Assembly (NCBI GenBank): GCA_022571715.1
Contig: JACZXH010000001.1
Span: 4,116 to 68,115 of the forward strand
Source: Bacteroidota bacterium
GTDB taxonomy: Bacteria > Bacteroidota > Bacteroidia > Cytophagales > Cyclobacteriaceae
DNA length: 64,000 nucleotides
Direction: 5' to 3'
Shown: positions 1 to 9,279 of the stretch, piece by piece
Layout: each line of letters opens with the position of its first letter
Position numbering within the stretch: the stretch's first letter is position 1
Position numbers and translations under genes: made by a program
The notes under the pieces: model-generated
Seen by the model: only the letters and a program-made list of their open reading frames with translations
What the model was told of the DNA's origin: nothing
The model's database searches: none

Positions 1-164
1 TCCGAATTAAGCGTCCATGAATTCGCGTCGTCCCAGGCTTTTGGATTTGCTTGATTGGTACGGCTATAGTAGGTTGTCTGGGAGAATGCCGCACTTACCC
101 CCAGGATCAGAAAGAGGAGAGTCAAAAATAATTTTGGGATCTTGAAGTCCAAAAGTGAATTCAA
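1..164 (-). CDS. 5' end of a secreted protein gene running off the left edge (partial)
   Basis: The minus-strand frame is open from a TTG at 164-162 (preceded by an in-frame TAA) to position 1. The translation ..LLDFKIPKLFLTLLFLILGVSAAFSQTTYYSRTNQANPKAWDDANSWTLNS has a hydrophobic signal-peptide core and a YYSR...W..A.SW N-terminus, as in large Bacteroidota surface proteins. It is absent from the ORF track because fewer than 60 aa lie inside the window. Confidence 0.4.
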   Translation of the reverse strand, partial: MNSLLDFKIPKLFLTLLFLILGVSAAFSQTTYYSRTNQANPKAWDDANSWTLNS

Positions 165-360
165 TTAAAAAGATTTGATTGATACAAGTTAAAGCACTAT
201 CCCCTGCATATTTTGACACAAAATAACAAAATTCTGCCAGATTTACTTTTATACGTTTAAAACTAAATTAGTAACTCAGAAAAATAGCGTAAATTCTTAT
301 AATCATATTAAATAAACTCCAATTATATTTATGAACTATAATTTAGTTACCAAAAAACCA

Positions 361-546
361 TTATACAGGCCCCGCATCAATTGACCCTTAACGTTATATG
401 AAGCATAGCTTTTCTGGGGTAAATGAAGTATACTTCAGGCTGGAATGCAGTTTTAGCAGTTGCTATACACCTTCATTTAAATTTTCTTCGCTAACGAATC
501 CAAATCCTTTAGATTCATTGAAGAATTTTACTGTTCCTTTTTTCAT
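361..546 (-). pseudogene. Decayed cold-shock protein (CspA family) gene
   Basis: ATG at 546-544. The first 22 codons, MKKGTVKFFNESKGFGFVSEEN, are a cold-shock-domain N-terminus including the RNP-1 motif KGFGF. The frame hits TAG at 465-463 after 27 codons, then two more in-frame stops before the last one at 363-361. The total span of about 61 codons equals normal Csp length. Confidence 0.5.
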
Positions 547-734
547 TGTTAAAATATAATTACAAACTCAAAGTTGGTGTTAAACTTTTTATATGAAGAT
601 TTTTGTAGTTTAAATTTTACTCCTGCACATAACGTTGTGTATGGAGTTTCAGCCATCACAAAAGAAAACCACCTGCTATATAATAGGACTGCTGACCTAA
701 CTTTTATTGCAGGAGAATTCATTACCTTTATTTC

Positions 735-3113
735 GTGATTTCCACGATCCGTAGAGTGCTTCTGATAGTTTTTTTAACTTGTCATTGGTTGGCCTATTCG
801 CAAGTACCTACACAAACAATTAAAGGGCGCATTACGGAAAAAAACACATTACAGCCCTTGCCTGGAGCCAATGTTTATATTAAACAAGGAGACACAATTG
901 CTTACGGAGGAACTTCAGATATTGATGGGAATTATAAATTAGATAATGTTCCGGTAGGAAGATACTTTGTTTATTGCACATTTATCGGGTATGAAGGATG
1001 GAAATCGGGATATATTGAATTAACATCGGCAAAAGAACTAATATTAAATATTCAGCTTATTGAATCGGCCATTACCACAGGTGAAATTGTGATCATGGCC
1101 AAGAAAATGGGGTCTGAGCCTTTAAACGACTTCGTTACATTGAGCGCCCGATCATTTAATGTAGAAGAAACCCAACGGTTTGCAGGAAGCATCAATGATC
1201 CAGGAAGGATGGCACTCTCCCTCCCGGGCGTGCAATTTTCCGCGCAGGACAACGAAAATACCATTGTAGTACGTGGGAATTCACCACTGGGAGTATTGTG
1301 GAGATTGGAAGGCGCAGACATTGTAAACCCAAATCATTTTGCTGACAAATCGTCCTCAGGTGGCGGAATAAGTGCTTTAAGTATATACGTCCTGGGCGAA
1401 TCTGACTTTATGGCAGGCACCATGCCCAACCAATTCAGTAATGCGCTTGCCGGAGCAATGGATCTTAATTTCAGAAAAGGAAATTCTTCAGAAAGGGAAT
1501 ATCGCATCCAGGTGGGTCTGATCGGGCTGGAATTTGCAACTGAAGGGCCTTTTTCAAAAAAGAATAAAAAGAGTAGTTACCTCGTCAATTACAGGTATTC
1601 TACATTAGGTTTATTGAATTCGATGGGCATCCGGATTGTTTCCCCGAATGTTTCCAATGTATTTCAGGATTTGTCTTTCAACCTGTACTTTCCTTCGGGA
1701 AAAAAGGGTATCATTAATGTGTATGGGCTTGGAGGCCTGAGTAACGAAAAACGTGAACCCGTGGCCGATCCGGATGAATGGGAATACTACAGGGACAAAA
1801 AACAGTATGATTATAATACACTGCTTGGAGTTGCTGGGCTGTCATATACGCGTTTTACAGGCGTAAATTCTTACCTGCGCTTAACATTATCCGCGAGTGC
1901 AAACGAAATAACATGGGAAGAGGATACTGTAGATTTTGAGGGGGGGGCCGGCCAAATTAAAAACGAACATTTTAACAACGGCAAATATGTATTTGCTGCA
2001 TCATATAATGGAAAATTCAGCCGCAGGTTAAATTACAGTGGAGGATTGAACATAAGTAACCTGGTTTTCGATGTATTTGCCAATCGATATGATGCCTATA
2101 CGGGAGTTTATCGAACCAATGTAGAGGGTAAAGGCACGACCTGGTACAACCAGGCTTATTTCCAGACAAACTATCGAATTACACCATCAACAACATTAAG
2201 GGGAGGAATTACGCTTGTTAATTATGCTTTTAATCAAAAATGGAATGTTGAACCCAGGATTGAGTTGTCACAAAATTTTGGTAAGAGGAATAAAATTACA
2301 CTGGCTTATGCCCATACAAGCCAGATTGTGCCCTTTACATCGAGCTATACAACGGCCACCGATCAGGTTACAGGGATAATTACAGGGCTCCCTAACCTGA
2401 ACCTGCCACTTATGAAATCCCATTATTTTAATTCAGGGCTCGCTTTGGGGTTATCTGATTTCCTGGTAATTAAGATCGAACCCTACTACCAATTCCTTTA
2501 CAATGTGCCGGCGTCTCTCCTGCCCCAGCGATCTTTTTGGATACTCAATGCCGGTGATGAATTTGAAGTTGATCCGCTGCAAGCATCCGGCGAAGGGAGA
2601 AATTACGGTATGGATATTTCTCTTGAAAAATATTTTGCAAATCAGGTTTTTTTTATGCTCAACACCTCATTATTTAAATCGGATTTTAGAAAAGGAAAGG
2701 GAAGTCCAGTTTATCCCACCCGTTATGCCAGCGATCTGATAGCATCTTTTACTACAGGAAAAGAATGGCAATTTCAAAATGGCAATACCTTCGAAGTGGG
2801 GTTGAAATTTTTGTATTCGGATGGATTAAGGTACACACCCATTGATGAAGGAATGTCAAAAATATTCGGGCGCACCATCGAAATACAGGACCAGGCATTT
2901 GCAAATAAAACAATCTATTATTTCCGAACGGATCTGCGCATTTCTTATCGTAAAAACCTCCCTACGCGTTCCTGGAAATTGTCATTGGATATTCAGAATG
3001 TAACAAACCGGGTTAACGAGGAAAGACCCGAATACGATTTTCTCCAGCAAAAGGTAATTTTTGATCCCCAGTCCAGTATTATCCCTATCATCAGTTATAC
3101 TCTGGATTTTTAA
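735..3113 (+). CDS. TonB-dependent outer-membrane receptor with N-terminal carboxypeptidase-regulatory-like domain
   Basis: GTG start and a signal peptide. CarboxypepD_reg-like segment GRITEKNTLQPLPGANVYIK..DGNYKLDNVPVGRYFVYCTFIGYE. Plug-like ETQRFAGSINDPGRMALSLPGVQ. Long beta-rich barrel ending in the aromatic terminal residue ..ISYTLDF. Confidence 0.8.
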   Translation: MISTIRRVLLIVFLTCHWLAYSQVPTQTIKGRITEKNTLQPLPGANVYIKQGDTIAYGGTSDIDGNYKLDNVPVGRYFVYCTFIGYEGWKSGYIELTSAKELILNIQLIESAITTGEIVIMAKKMGSEPLNDFVTLSARSFNVEETQRFAGSINDPGRMALSLPGVQFSAQDNENTIVVRGNSPLGVLWRLEGADIVNPNHFADKSSSGGGISALSIYVLGESDFMAGTMPNQFSNALAGAMDLNFRKGNSSEREYRIQVGLIGLEFATEGPFSKKNKKSSYLVNYRYSTLGLLNSMGIRIVSPNVSNVFQDLSFNLYFPSGKKGIINVYGLGGLSNEKREPVADPDEWEYYRDKKQYDYNTLLGVAGLSYTRFTGVNSYLRLTLSASANEITWEEDTVDFEGGAGQIKNEHFNNGKYVFAASYNGKFSRRLNYSGGLNISNLVFDVFANRYDAYTGVYRTNVEGKGTTWYNQAYFQTNYRITPSTTLRGGITLVNYAFNQKWNVEPRIELSQNFGKRNKITLAYAHTSQIVPFTSSYTTATDQVTGIITGLPNLNLPLMKSHYFNSGLALGLSDFLVIKIEPYYQFLYNVPASLLPQRSFWILNAGDEFEVDPLQASGEGRNYGMDISLEKYFANQVFFMLNTSLFKSDFRKGKGSPVYPTRYASDLIASFTTGKEWQFQNGNTFEVGLKFLYSDGLRYTPIDEGMSKIFGRTIEIQDQAFANKTIYYFRTDLRISYRKNLPTRSWKLSLDIQNVTNRVNEERPEYDFLQQKVIFDPQSSIIPIISYTLDF

Positions 3114-3210
3114 AATGTATTTTAAAAGCCTGTTTTTCGGGGTTTAACGAAATTCAATATGATCATATTCGATAACGATTTGGCTAAAAAGCGTTACAGT
3201 CGCGAAGGAA

Positions 3211-3759
3211 CTATTGTTTAGTATCAAATAAAACGATGGGGGGTTGCCAGGTAGTCGGATCGCCGGTAATACCAAGGGTATAACTGATAACTTCCATCCA
3301 TTCGGGTGTAACTTTAATTAAAAGATATCCTTCAGGTTTGTCAGGATAAAAGGACTCCCATTCATCTTTCCATCGCTTTTCTTTTTCTTTCTGATCATCT
3401 ACCAGCTGAGCTATCCCATGAATCATAACATATCCTGAAGCATCACTATCCAAATAATATAACGTTACCCGGGGATCCTTTTTAATTTGATTTACCTTTC
3501 TACTTTTAGGGTTAGTGCCAAACCAGACTGTAAGATCACTTTCGGGAATAAATGGATCCATTGCACGGACCCTGGGACGACCTTCTTCATCTAATGTGAT
3601 TAGTGCACACGTACCTGCTGCAGTCATTATTTCTTTTGCCGCATTCATTAATTTAATATGTACCGAATCTGTTGGCTCGGCAACCTGACTGAAGCCTTTT
3701 ATTACTAGTAAAAGAAGAACCGGGTAAATCAACCAAATGGATTTTCTTACTGATTTCAT
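3211..3759 (-). CDS. Pyridoxamine 5'-phosphate oxidase-like (GSP26-type split-barrel) protein with signal peptide
   Basis: N-terminal hydrophobic signal MKSVRKSIWLIYPVLLLLVIKGFSQ. Family-like motifs RPRVRAMDPF and TVWFGTNPKSRKVNQIKKDPRVTLYY. Confidence 0.6.
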   Translation of the reverse strand: MKSVRKSIWLIYPVLLLLVIKGFSQVAEPTDSVHIKLMNAAKEIMTAAGTCALITLDEEGRPRVRAMDPFIPESDLTVWFGTNPKSRKVNQIKKDPRVTLYYLDSDASGYVMIHGIAQLVDDQKEKEKRWKDEWESFYPDKPEGYLLIKVTPEWMEVISYTLGITGDPTTWQPPIVLFDTKQ

Positions 3760-3987
3760 TTTCTTAGTTCGTTAAGTCTTGCTTTATATTCAAATACGTT
3801 TTTACTGCAACTAATTATGCATGACGGTTTGCATCTGCGTATTGGCGGAGTGTGTGTCGCTTTCCAGCGAGTCGAACTGCCTTAAGGCCTGGCCTGTCAA
3901 TTCATAATGAGGTTAATTCAGATTGCTAATCCTAAAAATCAGCTTTGTCACAACCATTACTAAAATGCACGGTTGCCAGCCAACAAT

Positions 3988-5136
3988 TTACTTATTATCA
4001 GTCATTTGCTTAATAAACGCTACTTCATCTTTAGAAAATGGGGTACCATCCTGTCTAAAAATATCATGATGCCACATCTCCGGTTCGGAAGTGAAATTTT
4101 CACGCCAGCTACTCCAGGGATATATGGTATTCGTTTTACCTGACACAAGGCCCCAGTTGATGGCGGCTATTTTTTGTTCTTTGAGAATGGGTAACATATT
4201 TGTAAACAAATTTTGGCGAGATCTGGCCAGGTATTCCGTGCACATCAGAGGCCTTCCGTATTTTTTAAGCACTGATATTTTTTGTTTTACTACTTCCGTA
4301 TCCCTGTCGTATGCATGAAAAGAAATAACATCGGAGTGCTCCAGCATGTATCTGTCTAAGGCAGGGAGGCTATCCGGGACCCCCCAGAATTTTACTTCGC
4401 CACGCCAGATACCTGTAGTGAGGGGTTGTGAAGGGTTGATTTCCCGTGCCCATCTGAATACTTTTTTGAGCAAAGCCAGCGAATAAATCTGTTTGTTTGA
4501 TACTTCCAACACTGCTCTGCCTTTTTGATCGGCCACATTATCGGGTTCATTATACAAATCCCAGCATATCACCCTTTCGTCGTTCGCAAAATGATCGATT
4601 ACCCCTTTAATGTATCCTTTTAGTTCATCGTGGCGGGTGCTGTCACCAAGAATTTCAGCACCGGGCGCCTGTACCCAACCTGAATTATGTACATGTGGAA
4701 TTGGCACAGGTTGTTTTCCTGATGCAGGGACTGGATGCCAAACGTCATCAAGAAGAACGAACATTGTTTTTATATTGTATTTATCAGCTATGGTTAAATA
4801 CGCCTTTAATCTTACTAAAAATCCTGTAGAATCCTGCTCCCATAAAAGGTTATGCAGGTACACCCGATGTATGTTCATTCCCAAACTTGCTGACCAGCCT
4901 AATTCCCTGTCTATGGTTTCTATGTCAAAGGTCTCCTCCTGCCAAAATTCCAATTGATTAATTGCTGTACTGGGATTAAAATTGGTTCCAATCAGCCAAT
5001 CGTAATTGTTATACCATTCCCAGACTTTTTCTTCTGACCATCTCTCTGCAGAAGTGTTAATTTTACTCTCTTTTTCATAGGTACATGATATTAAACTTAT
5101 AAATACCATTGCATAAAATAATTTATTCATATCCAT
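3988..5136 (-). CDS. Glycoside hydrolase family 5-like lipoprotein
   Basis: Lipoprotein-type signal MVFISLISC. The (beta/alpha)8 glycosidase acid/base motif WDLYNEPDN and a nucleophile-region MCTEYLAR. The start lies 7 nt downstream of the WD40-caspase stop. Confidence 0.65.
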   Translation of the reverse strand: MDMNKLFYAMVFISLISCTYEKESKINTSAERWSEEKVWEWYNNYDWLIGTNFNPSTAINQLEFWQEETFDIETIDRELGWSASLGMNIHRVYLHNLLWEQDSTGFLVRLKAYLTIADKYNIKTMFVLLDDVWHPVPASGKQPVPIPHVHNSGWVQAPGAEILGDSTRHDELKGYIKGVIDHFANDERVICWDLYNEPDNVADQKGRAVLEVSNKQIYSLALLKKVFRWAREINPSQPLTTGIWRGEVKFWGVPDSLPALDRYMLEHSDVISFHAYDRDTEVVKQKISVLKKYGRPLMCTEYLARSRQNLFTNMLPILKEQKIAAINWGLVSGKTNTIYPWSSWRENFTSEPEMWHHDIFRQDGTPFSKDEVAFIKQMTDNK

Positions 5137-5143
5137 TGATTGG

Positions 5144-8100
5144 TTAGTCCTTTACGATCGAAACCGGGAAATCCTGCCCTTTTGAAAATGTGTAAGGATA
5201 TTGTACCTGGCCTTTAAACTTTTGCGAATATTCCGGTACCAGTTTTTCGATATAACTCTTTAATTCATAGATAGATACCATACCATCTTTTGGAGCGCCA
5301 TCGGCTTTACCCTCAAGGGCTTCCAATAATACATACGTGAAAATACCGTGCCCGATTGCGGCATACTCGGTGGCAAACTGCTCGCTGCCGGCTGCCGACA
5401 GTACATGAATTCCCGCACTTCTCGAAAGTTGAGCCATGGCCTTTTCCTCCTTTGCCCCCCGCTGCGCCAATAACTCGACAGATCCCCCGGATTGGCAGGC
5501 ATCAATGATCAGCAATTGTTTGAGCGCTTGAATTTTCATGAGTTTTTGCTGAAGATAGGTAGCTGATATACCGTCTTTTCTTATCTTCTCAGGGCTGTAA
5601 AGCCGGGTGTTTTCGGTGGGTACGAAGTAAAATTCATTGTCCACCATGGTTCCATGGCCCGCATAATACAGGTAAAACACATCATTTGTCCTTATTTTTT
5701 GTGCGAGGATATCCAGCACACCTAAAATATTGGCTTTGGTAGCGTCCTTATCATAGATTTCATGCACTTCTATCCTGCTAAAAAGAGATTCGCTTGCTGA
5801 TTTTATCAGCGATGCAAATGCAGAAGCATCATCATACGCATAGTTCAGGTTCAATGCCGGATTTTTGTACTCATTTATGCCAATTACCAGTACATAACAT
5901 ACCGTTTCGTCCTCATCCGATTCATAGGTTATGAGCACTTGTGAAGACCTGGATTCGATATGCTCTTTGTTCGCAGCGCTCACATTGATTGTGTTTAACC
6001 CCGGCACCAGTTGCAAGTTAAATTTTTGATATACAGATTTTCCTTTTTGTAATTTGGCATAATAAGCTTCTTCTTTTCTTTCAACCACCTTTCCATTGTG
6101 TACCAGCGAAACGGATTGCACGCCGCCACCTTCATTCTTGATTTTGGCCAAAACCGTAATAGATGATTTATTTACCACATCTCCCTGCTTAGGTGTGGTT
6201 ATTTCTACATCAGGAGGTGGAAACTGATTTAGTTTTTGCAATAAACCTTGTTTTTGGTCTGCTTTTATTCCCAGTTCAAAAGCCTTTTTTATTGCATCCG
6301 GATTATAATATTTATCAAAAAACCGGTCTAACGCATAACTTTCGAGCCCCTTTACAAAAAATACCTGTTTTTGCGCATCTCCGGTACCATTAAAATATCC
6401 CTGCGGGGTGGTTACAAGCCAATCTTTACTACCAATACTAAAATGCGTCATCACTTCTCGTCCTGTTTCAATATCCCATATTTTGGTTATGCCATCGATG
6501 GTTGAAGAAATGAGATATTTCTCATCAGGAGAATATTCAACAGATGTGACAATACTCTTATGGCCGGTTAATGTTTTCATTATTTTTCCCGTTGCCACAT
6601 TCCAAAGAATAACCTTACGGTCGGTGCCGCCACTGGCCATTTTTGTTCCTGAAGCATTGAGCGCAACGGCATGCACGGGATCATTATGGCCGATAAACTT
6701 TCTTACCTGCATGCCACTGGTTATGTCCCATAACCGTAATACATTATCCCATCCTGTAGAAACCATTTGGTAACTGTTTCCGAGAAATTCAAAATCTGCG
6801 GTGGTTGCCGTATGCCCTATAAACTCCATAAACTGACGGCCGGTATCAATCTCAATCATTTTTAAAGGCCCATGGGTATATGCAATCATGAGGTAAAGAT
6901 CATTTGGTGAAAATTTAACGGTATAGCCAACTTCTATTACGTTCGGATCATTAGAAAGGACAATGGATTGCAAGAGATCGCCACTTGCCATATCCCATAT
7001 TTTTATTGTTCCATCGTTGCTGCTGGTCAGGATTTTTGTTTGGTCATGACTGAAATCGACATGAAAAATAAAACTTCTATGACCAGAGAAAGTTCTTACT
7101 TCCTTTCCCGATGAAACATCCCAGAGTTTGGCTGTTCTGTCGGCACTGCCGGTAAGCAGATACTTACCATCGGCAGATAATTTAAAAGTGATTACACCTT
7201 TAGTATGGCCAAAATAAGTTTGAACAATTTTACCCGTAGCCAGCTCCCATTTACGTGCCTCAAATCCCACCTTTGCCCTAAAGGCATATTTGCCATCGGG
7301 TGATATTTGCACGTCATTTTTAAGCGCTATTAATCCCCAAACAAAACTGGTCCAAAATGAATTCGGGTCGTAGTTTAATCCATCTTCAGATGGGATGCTG
7401 AGATAACCATAAAATACAGATACTCTTTCACCCGTGGCAGCATCCCAAATCGTGATCAGATTGCTGTTATCAGCAGTAGCCAGCCACTTGCCATCCGGCG
7501 AGAATGCGGCATCGGTAAAATGATCGGATGACCGCTCCGGCACATGGTTGAGCATGTTAAGGCCGTATTTTGGGTTCGTCAGTCGCAGATTTTTATCGAG
7601 TTTGTAAAGCTGCTTTCGATTATTTACATCCCACATTACTGCCGAATCTTCATCAATAACAATCATCCTGGATTTATCCGGACTTAATTTTAACGCATGT
7701 AATCTTTCAGGTGATTCTTCAACAAATTCTATTTGCAAACCAGTGGTTAGCGCTCGAATAGCCAACGGGCTCCTCCTGCTACCTTTGATAATCTGATCAA
7801 CGGTTAAAAATGCTACTTTTGTATCGCACCCTCCACACATTCCCTGTGGTTCAGAGACTGTTTTTAACAGGTCGCCGGTGACCAAATCGTATATTTTAGC
7901 TGTCCGGTTATCCTCTCCAACGACCAGCTTTTTATCATCATCGCTAAATACCACGTGTGCCCCGTATTGACCAACATTGGTTTTCCAACTGAATAATATT
8001 GAATCTGATTCCAGATCAATTACCCTGACAACCCTTGCCGTAGTTCCTACAGCAAGAAGCTTATTATTACTTGAAAGGTCAATAGAAATGATATTTTCAT

Positions 8101-8455
8101 CGGGATAATGAAAATCTTTGAGGACCATTCCGGTATTGATATCCCAAAAATAAATGTGCCGGTCTCTGCTCGCCGATATTAACTGTTGCCCATCAGATGT
8201 AAACAACACCTGATTTACATTTGATTGATGACCATTCAGTGTTATTAATTCCCGACCACTGCCAAACTCCCATATTTTAATAGTTTTATCTTCACTACCC
8301 GAAGCCAGGTACTTACCATCCGGACTAAAACATACGCTGCGCACGGCAAGGGAATGTCCTCTCTGAACAACGGTTTCGAGCTGCCCTTGTGCCTTAGCAT
8401 GACTAAATATCACAATAAGCAATAAACCAACTGATATTTTAAGGGCACCGCACAC
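5144..8455 (-). CDS. Exported WD40-repeat protein with C-terminal caspase (peptidase C14) domain
   Basis: GTG start and signal peptide MCGALKISVGLLLIVIFSHAKAQ. About 13-14 WD40 units (e.g. GHSLAVRSVCFSPDGKYLASGSEDKTIKIWEF, GHRSFIFHVDFSHDQTKILTSSNDGTIKIWDM). C-terminal caspase fold with the His/Cys dyad in YYAGHGTM and IIDACQSGG. Confidence 0.85.
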   Translation of the reverse strand: MCGALKISVGLLLIVIFSHAKAQGQLETVVQRGHSLAVRSVCFSPDGKYLASGSEDKTIKIWEFGSGRELITLNGHQSNVNQVLFTSDGQQLISASRDRHIYFWDINTGMVLKDFHYPDENIISIDLSSNNKLLAVGTTARVVRVIDLESDSILFSWKTNVGQYGAHVVFSDDDKKLVVGEDNRTAKIYDLVTGDLLKTVSEPQGMCGGCDTKVAFLTVDQIIKGSRRSPLAIRALTTGLQIEFVEESPERLHALKLSPDKSRMIVIDEDSAVMWDVNNRKQLYKLDKNLRLTNPKYGLNMLNHVPERSSDHFTDAAFSPDGKWLATADNSNLITIWDAATGERVSVFYGYLSIPSEDGLNYDPNSFWTSFVWGLIALKNDVQISPDGKYAFRAKVGFEARKWELATGKIVQTYFGHTKGVITFKLSADGKYLLTGSADRTAKLWDVSSGKEVRTFSGHRSFIFHVDFSHDQTKILTSSNDGTIKIWDMASGDLLQSIVLSNDPNVIEVGYTVKFSPNDLYLMIAYTHGPLKMIEIDTGRQFMEFIGHTATTADFEFLGNSYQMVSTGWDNVLRLWDITSGMQVRKFIGHNDPVHAVALNASGTKMASGGTDRKVILWNVATGKIMKTLTGHKSIVTSVEYSPDEKYLISSTIDGITKIWDIETGREVMTHFSIGSKDWLVTTPQGYFNGTGDAQKQVFFVKGLESYALDRFFDKYYNPDAIKKAFELGIKADQKQGLLQKLNQFPPPDVEITTPKQGDVVNKSSITVLAKIKNEGGGVQSVSLVHNGKVVERKEEAYYAKLQKGKSVYQKFNLQLVPGLNTINVSAANKEHIESRSSQVLITYESDEDETVCYVLVIGINEYKNPALNLNYAYDDASAFASLIKSASESLFSRIEVHEIYDKDATKANILGVLDILAQKIRTNDVFYLYYAGHGTMVDNEFYFVPTENTRLYSPEKIRKDGISATYLQQKLMKIQALKQLLIIDACQSGGSVELLAQRGAKEEKAMAQLSRSAGIHVLSAAGSEQFATEYAAIGHGIFTYVLLEALEGKADGAPKDGMVSIYELKSYIEKLVPEYSQKFKGQVQYPYTFSKGQDFPVSIVKD

Positions 8456-8824
8456 AGTACTTATCTAAAATGGTGATTAAAGTTAGCTATGTATTTACTA
8501 ATAGCAGCTATTAGGCCTCCCTTCGAATCTATCTGATGTTTCTCTGATAGTATAATTTCTGTTTGCCTGTCTGAAGGCCTGTGTGGCCATGTAAACTCCA
8601 TCCTACTGATTGACTGTCGTCCTTTCTGGTGTCTCCTTCCTTGTCCACGTAATGGAAGTGTTATGCGAGACACGATATAGCCAGGTGTTGATGGCAGTTT
8701 GTTGTCAAAATTTTGGTTTCGAACGTTGAACTTGAATACTCACTTAGTTCAAACCTCAAGCGTAAGGCGAGGCGCAAATGATCAGCAGGCGCATATGCTG
8801 TCATCTATCATTAACATCCGTTAT

Positions 8825-9142
8825 TTATTCCAATGTCTTTACAAACGCAACTGCTTTTTTAGTAAGATCAGGCCATTTGCCAGATTGTTTAAATGGTAAT
8901 GAAACCCATCCTTTCATAGGTTTGTCTTGCGCATAAAGATGCGAAGCGATCCTTGAACCATTCAGTTTCAGAGCTTCATGCTGTGCTTTCTTATCAAGTT
9001 TAAATAGCATATTATCTTTCCACAAAATTGCAGCTGCTTTTCCATTCATTGATTTAATGCAGAGTGCACCAAACATTTTCCCTTCAATGGAATCAGGTAT
9101 TTCACCGACTATTTGATGAAATAACTCTTCGGATTTGTTCAT
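8825..9142 (-). CDS. TfoX/Sxy N-terminal-domain-like protein
   Basis: A 105-aa ORF with the TfoX_N-like core GKMFGALCIKSMNGKAAAILWKDNMLFKLD. Confidence 0.5.
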   Translation of the reverse strand: MNKSEELFHQIVGEIPDSIEGKMFGALCIKSMNGKAAAILWKDNMLFKLDKKAQHEALKLNGSRIASHLYAQDKPMKGWVSLPFKQSGKWPDLTKKAVAFVKTLE

Positions 9143-9279
9143 AATGAAATTCTATTTTTTCATAATATCAATGAAGCCTTACCACCGATAAATTCTTAAT
9201 ATTTATGGCTCGTTCCCACTTCCAGGCTGCTGAATCCATTTTAAAAGTTTAATGCCTCTTACTTATACCTTAATGCTTA

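Noticed and set aside
8461-8899. Two ORFs (70 aa minus, 66 aa plus) in the 369-bp spacer upstream of the WD40-caspase gene.
   Set aside because: They show no recognisable domain, signal or conserved motif. One overlaps the TfoX-like gene 3' end. I treat the spacer as non-coding, with possible regulatory or repeat content.
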